Below, piece by piece: positions 53,742 to 64,000 of a DNA stretch of 64,000 nt (positions are counted from its first letter, which is position 1; each line of letters starts with the position of its first letter). The notes below the pieces were generated by a model, which made no database searches, had not been told where the DNA came from, and was given only the letters and a program-made list of their open reading frames with translations. Made by a program: the position numbers and the translations under genes. This stretch comes from Bigelowiella natans CCMP2755 (taxonomy: Eukaryota; Protista; Cercozoa), in assembly GCA_000320545.1 (NCBI GenBank), contig ADNK01003366.1:1-64000 (forward strand), read 5' to 3'.

Positions 53742-54960
53742 ATGAAAAGAAGACGTACGTTCTTGCTACTGAAAGATAATACGACTTTGGTATTGAGGAC
53801 TAATCTTACAAGGATTGGTTCTAAGGAGGCGGCAAGAAGTATTATATGCCGCTACTGCTGTCTTGTTCTCGCCATCATCGTTGTGATAATTGGTGCTAGT
53901 AGTAGCACAAATGCTGCAACAACAGGTGGATGCATATGGTGGTGGAAGTCGTCATCACCGTCGTCTACTACTACTGTTGTTCTTGGGAGCAGCAGCGGTA
54001 GTATGCCCGCTGGTGGTACTACTACTAGTAGTAGACGTCAAGGGATTATACCTCCCATGGACCATGCTTCCAAAGCTGATAGAGATGCGGCTCGTACACT
54101 TTATGATGATATTCAAACAGTCCTCAAAGATGGAGGAGTTCCTGAATCATCAAAGGAGCGATGGGCTGTAATTGATACGACCAATGTCAAACGATATACA
54201 AAGTATAAATCCCTGTACAACCCTGGCTTTGAGCTTGATTCCTTCCAAAAACGTGCTGTGAGGAGGGTTCTCGACAGAAACACAGTAAATCTATCGATGA
54301 ATGTGAATTAATTATGTGATGATGATGACAAGGATGTATGATTATGATTATGATGATGATAATCATGATGATAGGAATAATTAATACAATGGCTGCTGCT
54401 ACATCATTTTTCAGGTTATGGGTTGCGCTCCTACCGCGACAGGAAAAACTATGATAGCAATATATGCTGTGGCGAACGCTTTGAGACTGAAAAAACGGTT
54501 GATATGGACAAATCCTATTAAAGCGCTATCGAATCAGGCATTTAGCAATCTTAGGAAACGGTTTGAGGAGGAGGAGGAGGATACTACTTATCATCCGACT
54601 ACCAATGCAGCTCTTAAAAATAATATCATCGACCAAGAACAGGGGAATGGAGGAGGAGAGGGTAGCAGCACAAACAATGGTGCCTCTTCTTCTTCTTCTT
54701 TTTTGATACGAGAGACAGAACAAGGGTTCAATGACACTGATTTGTCGTATTTCGACTACAAAAACGAGAAAATGGTAAAACAACTTAAGTACAGATTGAA
54801 GCAACAGCTCAGAAAGAGACGGCAAATACAAGAAAGACACGAAGACGATAATAATGGCGATGATGATGATGATGGCCAAATTGATGATAATGATAATGAT
54901 CATGGTGATGATGATAAGGTAATCGTCGGCAACAATCACACAACCACCACCATCGTCATT

Positions 54961-54997
<37 letters not shown>

Positions 54998-55049
54998 CGA
55001 CCATCATCCTCATAACAATCACACGACCACCACCACCACCACACCATCG

Positions 55050-55085
<36 letters not shown>

Positions 55086-56020
55086 CCATCTCATCATTAT
55101 AGTTGATACCTTGCGACTTAAGCTTGTTTGTCTATTTTTTAATGATAATAAAACTTTGTAGCAGTTGTTATCCTCCTCTTCTTCCTCCTCATCGGCACCT
55201 AAAATCGGAATTCTGACTGGTGACGTGAAGAAGCATGCTGACGCACCAGTAGTCGTTATGACAACGGAAATCCTACACTCAATGTGCTTGAACTCTTCGT
55301 CTTCTAATAAACTGGATGATGTCGCCTATGTGGTGTTTGATGAAGCACATTATATAAATGATGTTGATAGAGGTTGGGTGTACGAGCAGCTGGTGGAAAT
55401 GTTACCAAGTCATATTTCCTTGATTTTCTTATCCGCCACATTGAAAAACGATATAGAGCTGGCAAATTGGGTAGGACGTACAAGAGGACAAAAAGTATAT
55501 GTTTGTCGTGTTAAAGAGCGACCAATCCCTTTAGCCTACTCCGTTTACACTGGTTCTCGAGTGCATCGAAATCTGGGCAATCTCATGAGAAAAGCCGACA
55601 AATCCATACGAAAGAGTCAGGGAGTCAGGCGACCAAGTCCAAATGATATTGTTTACAGAGTCAATCAACTCCTTCTCCACGATATAGCTACTACTACTAG
55701 TACTACGAATACTGCATCTCCTTCTACTAAATCTTCTTCTTCGACAGTAGTAGCTGCTGCTTCTTTGACGACAGTAGTAGTAGAAGGGGAGGGGGGTGCT
55801 AATTCTAGTAGTAGTAACAAGAAGAATAATAGCTCTACAAGTAATGATCATCATCATCATAATACTACTGACAAGGAAGTAGCATTAAATCCTTCTTCGC
55901 CAACAGCATCATCAGCACCCGCAGTAGGAGCAGGAGCAGCACCAGAAAACTGCTATGACGATGAAGATGATTTCATCGTTCAAGTATATGATTCAAAGTC
56001 GAAAAAGGTGGGTGCACACA

Positions 56021-56074
<54 letters not shown>

Positions 56075-57636
56075 AAAACAAGTAGGTCTCATGGAATTAT
56101 AAATAGCCGCCCTCATGATTGTGCTCTACCACTTCGCTGTGGTACCTGCCCCCCTCCTTCCTCCCTTCCCTGTTATTCCATCACTGTAAGGTTTCAATGG
56201 GTAATATTAATGCCCTCCTTGCTCATTTTGATTTCGAGAATTACAAGGTAGTCAGTGGTACTTCGAAATGTGATGATGCATGCTGTCACCTAGTAGTAGT
56301 AGTAGTAGTAGTAGAAGGGGAAGGATATCTTAAGAATTAGGAACTTATTAGCAAGAAACAGAGAGAACAAGAGAGAGAGGTATATAGTAATAATAATAAT
56401 AACAATGATAATATACGGAGGGAAGAGAAGAGAGACGAGGAAGAAGAGGAGAAGAAGAAAAATATTTTCGGGTTATATCACCATAATAATCGTTAAATGA
56501 CGTGCAACAAACATTATAACTTACAGAAAATCGCTGGTAGCAGTCAAGGATCAGTGCCGACATCATCATCATCATCATCATCATCATCAGTAGCAGCAGC
56601 AGCATTATCTACAGATAATCAGTCGGAGAACGAAATCAAACTCAAAACAATTCGGTAGCAAGTAGTAGGGTTGCTGTTATTATTACTGCCGCATTAGTAG
56701 TATGTGTTGTTATCATCATTCGTGTGTGTGTTCTTTTGAGAGGATATAGTATGTGAATGCTAATAATAATAATAATAATACCCTCCTCCTCCTCCCCCTC
56801 ATCATCATCATCATTGATGCAATAATACCTACTCTCTACAGAGTTGTTGTTGTTGTTGTTCATGATTGTAATGTGTAGATGATGGGGGTGGTTAAAAAGA
56901 AGACTAAGTCTATCTGTTTACCAAATTCTCAATAATGCTTTTATTGTTTGCCACTTAGGATGATAAATATATTGAATGAGCAAGGTGGTGTGTGTTGTCA
57001 CATTCTTTCTTTATGATTAACATTAAATCAGTAACACACAACAATCCCTATCAACGTTCATTGATTCAAATTCTATAGCAGTGTGATTAATTCATTTGCT
57101 TTGCATTGTCTTGATCTCGTACTTTTCGAGGGGTAAGGCTGGGAGAAGTAGTAGTAGTAGTAGTAGTAGTAGTTGAGGTCTTTGTTTCTTCCTCCCTTTT
57201 TTCTTTCTCTATCTCCACAACAAAAGGAAAACTTCCTGCCATAATGTTTATTTTAAGCCGAGCTAGAATTTTAGAGGTACTACCCACTAATAGGCCTAGA
57301 AATGATAAGAATTAATATACTGTCCTTATAAAGATGATAATAGAGAGATAATTTGTCATCATTCCACCTACTCATCATCATCAGTATGCAAAGTTTCTGC
57401 TACAAGATCAGGAATTAGATCTTATCCCACATAAAGAAGACAAAAATAAGGTTTTCATCGAGTTTCAGGTGTACTACTAGTAGTAGCAGTAAGAAGAAGA
57501 AGAAGAAAGAAGAACACGCAGTAGTTGTGATACTTCTAGTCGAGCAAACAAGAGGGGGGGGAAGGAGGGACAACAGCAAGAGCATACGTTGTTATTCTTC
57601 TTAGACTCGATGACCACCTTATATTTGCTGTTGATG

Positions 57637-57668
<32 letters not shown>

Positions 57669-58056
57669 CACACACAGAGCAGGGTATAGATTGTTCGATT
57701 GTTGTGAACATATAGTACGTAGCTATTGTTAAATATCTCATCATCATCATCATCACTTGCTGTTGCATATCGTACTAGTAGTATCAATATCTCATCATCA
57801 TCATCACTTGCTGTTGCATATATCGTACTAGTAGTATCAATATAGTCTATTTTTTGTTTGATTACGATTCTACTATTATCACTTGCAGACCGCCTTGTGT
57901 CGTATACCTACTACTTCTACTTCTTCTACTGCTACTACCGCACTTGATGAGCATAAAGAACAAGAAAAGGAGGACCAGGCGAAGCAGCGACGAAATAGTG
58001 GAGATGATGATGATGATGGTGATGATGATGAAATCGAAGATCTGAAATCTGTGAGC

Positions 58057-58091
<35 letters not shown>

Positions 58092-58189
58092 GACGAATGA
58101 TATCAACAAAATTTTAGCAGCCTCTCCTCCTAATCCTCCTCCTAATCCTCCTCCTAATCCTCCTCCTCCTATGTAGCAGTAGCAGCGGC

Positions 58190-58221
<32 letters not shown>

Positions 58222-59885
58222 AAGAAGTAGTTGAATATTTCTGCACGTACTGATGGTGATGGTGCAAGAATTTAGATTGTTGTGACCTACTCATTCCATG
58301 GTGATTAGAAATAATAATATACATCCAACAACTAACTGCTGCAGCATACATCTCTGAATTACTTATGATGATGAGCCATACTCATCAAACTCATTAAATA
58401 ACTAGTAATGAATTATAATCATAATAATGAAGGTACAACTGTGCAGAGATTTAGCACTCAAAGGTATTGGAATGCATCATTCTGGACTCATTGCACCGGT
58501 ATTTCAACTACTACTAGTACTATTACTACTAGTACTACTACTACTACTACTACTACTACTATTCTGTTGACAACACCACATACACTGTTCAAATAAAATG
58601 TGTAATCATTTCATCGGAGAAAACGACAACAACAACAACAACAACAACAACATATAGAGGAGAAAGATATAATGACTTCCTACAGCCAATATGTGGTGCT
58701 CCTTTCTTCTCTTTTAAATACTAACAGTATTCACAATCTCTTCTTCTTCCTAACAATCATTATCCATATTTTATCACCATCATCATCATCATCATCATCA
58801 TCATTGCTTGCCTATGTTCTATAGAAGAACCGATGATGAGTATTCCATGGTGCATCATCCGCAGTGAAGTGATCTCATTGTAGATTAATACTAATTACAG
58901 ATAAAGGAGATCTATGAACGCCTGATGCAGCATCGTCCTCCTCTTATCAAAGTAATAATAATGATAATAATAATGATAATAATGATGATAGGTAGTGATA
59001 ATAATAAGCATTAAAGATGAAACTTGGTCGTTCGTTCTTGCCATATTCTATCATCTACACATATCATCCACCAGCAAGCAGCTGCTCTACTATCACTGAT
59101 AACTCTGATTTTTTTCACTTCCTCTTAACTGGTAATCCTCCGTTTGGCAACTTCCTTTTACTTCTGCTACCTATAACTACTACTACTAATACTACTGCTA
59201 CTATTTACTATTATTAATATTATTATTATTATTATTATTATTACAATTACATTATCATCGTGGTCCTTCTCCTCCATCTCCTCCTCCTCCTCCTGCTGCT
59301 GCTACTACTACAGGTATTATTGGCCACAGAAACAGTAGCCTGTGGGGTTGATACGCCTACGAAAACGGTGAGCTTGATCCAAATATATGATCAAATAATG
59401 TTGGAGACAGCGGCACTTCTTCGAGTTTTCTTCTTCTTCTTCTTCTTCTTCTTCTTCTTCTTGATTTAGTTCGTGGGATGATCATATTATAAATATTTGA
59501 CTTGATTCCTATTGAATATTGGTGATGTGTTATTTGGAAAAGGTTGTTTTTACTGATGTTACAAAGCACGATGGAACTGAGCGACGTCTTCTTCATGGTA
59601 AGGAAGATCATGCTGCTGCTGATGATGATGATTGCTTCTCCCAACAGCAACTAAATAATAGAGAACAACCTCACTACATACATAACATACATACACACAC
59701 ACACATATGATGATGATGATGATGATGATGATGATACTACCATAAGCGTAATCAATCATTATCATCAGCAGCAGGATTATCATTATCTTAGATACCAATA
59801 CTCACAGACATTACTACTTACTACTCAGGAACCGAAGTGCTACAGATGGCCGGCAGGGCAGGGCGAAGAGGTGATTAGTAACGTG

Positions 59886-59931
<46 letters not shown>

Positions 59932-60423
59932 ATAAATTGACCCATACCAACATTGCTATCAGGATACGATAAGATAGGACATGTGCTTTTCCCTGCTTTC
60001 AGCACACCAAAAGTAGTAGTAGTAATTGTTGTTGTTGTAGTATCTAGTTTTGTTCCGAGAAAAACCTCTTTATAATACAGTTGTCGTTAACGATGATGTT
60101 GATAATATATCCCAGTAAGAGAGTAGTCTGTTGTACTTGCTGCAGTCCAGCAAATTTCTCATGATGACCGATAATGATTGTGATTATGATGATGATTCTA
60201 AGGAATGTGATGGTGTTGCCCATCCTTACACGCAGTCATCATTATGAATTCTTCTTCTTTATACACAGTAGTAGTTATTATCATGAATTCCTCTTCTTTA
60301 TACACAGTAGTAGTTATTATCATGAATTCTTGTCCTTAATTTTCTGCTAGCTGCACGATGTTATGAACGTTATCCAAAAGCCTTCTGAGCCAATAAAAAG
60401 CAGGTACTAATCGACTTAAGATG

Positions 60424-60466
<43 letters not shown>

Positions 60467-61327
60467 ATACGAGTACCAACCCAGGTTGGATATCATCTTG
60501 AAGAGGATTACTTACTTACTGCTGCTTACAATTTTTTTCTAGCTGTATCGTATTCGTATTATATGAAGCTGTGTTTCTTTCGAGGGATAGGAAGATACGA
60601 AATGATAATGATAATGATGATGGGAATGGATCATTAGTTGTAGAAGTGAAGATGTGTTTGAGGACTTGTAATTATAATTGAGATTTCTTTGCTGCTATAA
60701 CTAATAACACCACTTGTAAAACGACATTTATATACTACTAAAAATACTACTACTACTACATCTACATCTACATCTAAATGATAGGTTTAAATTAAGAGAC
60801 CAATTGGTATTGAGCCTTCTCATGCAAAAAGAGTCATCGACAACGCCAACAACTAGTATGACAGCGTCTGCAGCATCTCTTACCATAGAAGATCTTCTAA
60901 GAAGGTTTATTATTTAGAGGAAGAGGAGGAGGAGGAGGAGGAGGATTATATAAATTATCACCTAGCTAAATACGAAGAAGAAGATTAGTGGGTGCATTTT
61001 GATCATTTCACTAATTTTATTATTTAATTATTTTATATTTATCACCCTGATGAAGACTACATGATGTATGTATGTAGTTAGGGAGCATGTATTGGCACAT
61101 TATGCTCGACGATGACACAATCATCATCAATATCATCAATCTCCATTAATTGATCATCATGATCTTCAAAACCTCATTTATCATCATCAGATCACTTTGT
61201 GAAGGTCCGAAGGCTCACATGTGGGATCTCATTACGAGGATCAAAGAACATATAAATAGCACAAATGTATATAAGTTATATACAAACACGCACAACTCAC
61301 ACACACCCACACAAATATATTGATATA

Positions 61328-61377
<50 letters not shown>

Positions 61378-64000
61378 ATATGTACGACGACTCAAATGCA
61401 TGCATGTATGTACTATCGCCTTCAGCTTCTTTTTTCACCACGTCTGCTTCCTTCTTTGGCAAGCAAAGAGAAGGAGGAGAAGAATGAAGAGGAGGAGAGG
61501 AAGTGAATAAAGAAAGAGACATCTGATTAGTTAGTCATCGTTTTCGTGCATCACCATCATCATCAACTTCTTCTTCCCTTACCTTCCTGCAGCCTATCGA
61601 TGGGTTGCTTGCAAAGGCAGTGGAATATAGAGAGAGGATAAAGGATATAAATCAGAAGATATCATCGCAACTTTGGTAGTGACTACGTGAACAATTTACG
61701 AGCAAGTAGAAAATAATGGTGATTTAAGTCTATCCCATCCATCTTAAATAAATTAAGCAGGTTTAACAAATGTACATTTGCACTCACGCACACATGCGTA
61801 ATACAATACGCACTCACATACACAGGAAAAAATATACACATTTATTCTTATCTACATATTTATACATATATCTCTTCATATACACTTGTGTGTGTGTGTG
61901 TGTGTGTTGTGGGTGTGTTACTATCATGTAATTGCTACCTCCTTCTTCAATAATAAATACTACCACTACAATTCCAGGCAGCAAATTCGTCCAAAGCTTA
62001 AAGTTAACGATAGGCTATGGTGGGATATAATACTATTTACTGAGTCGCTGATGATATTGATGATGATGATGATGATGGTCCAATGTGGTTTATCATCATC
62101 ATACTATTGTATTTTTATTAATAGCATAGGCATCTTATTTTAGCATTTAAAGTGGGGACTTTACCAACCAAACAAAAATCCTAAACTATTTATCAAAAAT
62201 CTTAACTATCATTCATCAAAAACATCGCAAGTAAGGGACATATACTTCTCCACATTCCACTAATTATTCAGTAGTTCGACAGTATTTTTATTTGTAACAG
62301 GAGGAGGAAGAAGAGGAGGATAGACGAATTAATGTGTTGTAGATCATGGATCCTGTTTCACCTACCTCAAAAGAATAATCGATATCATCTATTTGTTATA
62401 GGTATCTTCCAGACCTTGAACAGCAAGAGGATTCTCATAACGCCATCGAAAAAGACGATGATAATGCTTTTGTTGAAAAGCAAAGAGGAGAAGAGGAATC
62501 TGCTGCCTTTACTACTAGCCATCACAGCATTGGCAAGCTTCGTACACCAGTAATACAAGGACGACAAAGAAAGAAGCCAAATCGCACAGCTTTAGAAGCT
62601 GCAACAACTACATATGTATCAGGTTGAATGAAATAATGATCAGACAATATCAATATTTTTTTCCGAAGAAGGAAAAGAACTTATTATGAATCTCTCTTCA
62701 CATAAATATTTCGTAAGAATATTATTATGTTAAATATTTTGTAGTTATAGATCTGCAAGACACATACATGTAATCTCAAATATCACCCTAGATCTCTCAT
62801 TTGTTCACTACACACAGACACACACACACAGAGGGAGAGAGAGAGAGAGAGAGCAAGAGAGAGAAGACTAGCTATTTTCAAAACACATTTTCAATCTTGT
62901 TTTTAATTTGTGTAATGAATATTAATATTTGTGTACGATGCGCACGTATAATTGATAATACGGTAGCGGAGAAGATTTTACTTCCAAGAGAAGCTGTAAT
63001 TGCTGCTATTCCTGGTATGCAACAAAAGTGTGGTAGAATATGGGTCAAGGTAACATCTATAAAATAATTATACGTTCAACTGCTGATTACTAATCCATCC
63101 TATTTTGGGAGCAATGCCCGCTTCTTGCGGTAGTAGCGGCTATCATCTAAACTTGACCAGATAGACTAATATCTCATTATCAAAACCATCAAAACTATAC
63201 ATTGATTATGATAGATCTGATCATTGTTTTATCATCATAGAAATCAATAATGATAAAATAGTAATTGATTAATAATTTAAATAACGCTCCTTGCTCCAAA
63301 AGGTGAAGGATGTCGCTTCCAGAACAAAAAATGATAATGATAGAAGCAGCAGCAGTATCAGTAAAGATAGGGAAAAGAATGGAGATGGTGATGACGATGT
63401 AGTATCATCGTCTTCATTATCACCTTCTTCAAATGTGGCAGCAGCAGCGCTACTACCCCAGGAATACCAGTCAAGATACATTCATCATGATAGAATCGTC
63501 AGAATCCTAAATGGGGCGGGTTGCGAAGTAAAGAGCAAGTAATAATTTATAATAGCATTCTGTATGTAGCTAGATTTATCTTTCTAACTATTTCTCTTAT
63601 TCTCTTCACGTCTCGATTACAGGCAGCAGCACACTTGTCATTGTATGAAGAAAATATTTATGCAATAGCTGGCATATTCTACTGGCTAGGGCACTTTCTA
63701 TCTTTGAGATGAATTCTCTCGTTAGACTTTACAACATTCATTTATTCACTCAATATGTGCTTCCCAATTAGCAAATTAAAATTGGAAGTACTAGTTTTGA
63801 TCCAAGAAAGAAAGGTGGTGTCAGTTCCACGATAATACATTGCATATCTATAAATTCATTCTTTCTTCCATGACATGGCATACCTGTGTGTAAGTTACGA
63901 CATTATCTGTGTCCTCAACTAGGTGCTAACCGACATGCTGATGGATTTGAAATCAAAATTTCAAAATGCAGCGACCATGACGACGAAAATGGGTATATTT
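53742..64000 (+). CDS. Ski2-like DExH-box RNA helicase with N-terminal signal-like leader (3' end unresolved, possibly beyond the window)
   Basis: WAVID..FELDSFQKRA; APTATGKT; TNPIKALSNQ; LTGD; MTTEIL; VFDEAHYINDVDRGWVYE; LSAT; WVGRT; RPIPL; GIGMHHSGL; LATETVACGVDTPTKT; QMAGRAGRRG; SRFKL. Confidence 0.92.

Noticed and set aside
1-64000. Numerous short ORFs of poly-L/V/S/H/M/C/T in the ORF track
   Set aside because: They are translations of intronic microsatellites or antisense frames of real exons.

Overview
Intron-rich, microsatellite-rich eukaryotic (protist) genomic DNA with GT-AG introns and standard stop codons. Gene content and several bipartite, signal-peptide-like leaders on nucleo-cytosolic proteins suggest an alga with a complex plastid, possibly a chlorarachniophyte (inference). 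Recognisable genes: proteasome beta-4 (PSMB2/PRE1), an ABCG half-transporter with a Cys-rich ectodomain, an AP2-domain protein, a RING-H2 E3 ligase, ASCC2, a class C (GABA-B-like) GPCR, an ENO4-like pseudo-enolase, a RanBP1-domain (Nup50/RanBP3-like) protein, a repeat-type multipass membrane protein, a P-loop kinase preceded by a broken ubiquitin-like domain, and a Ski2-like helicase. The main unexplained signal is a set of sharply bounded islands (about 14.2-15.1, 26.65-27.5, 33.2-33.8 and 50.6-51.4 kb; weaker at 3.95-4.7 and 12.6-13.1 kb). In them TpA is strongly depleted or survives mainly inside CTAG. One island overlaps the 5' half of a gene, which there has three consecutive GCA splice donors (where GTA is expected) and no Tyr codons. 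This points to a regional TpA->TpG/CpA (A->G) hypermutation process, a mirror image of fungal RIP. All counts were made by eye, and gene models are hand-spliced and approximate.
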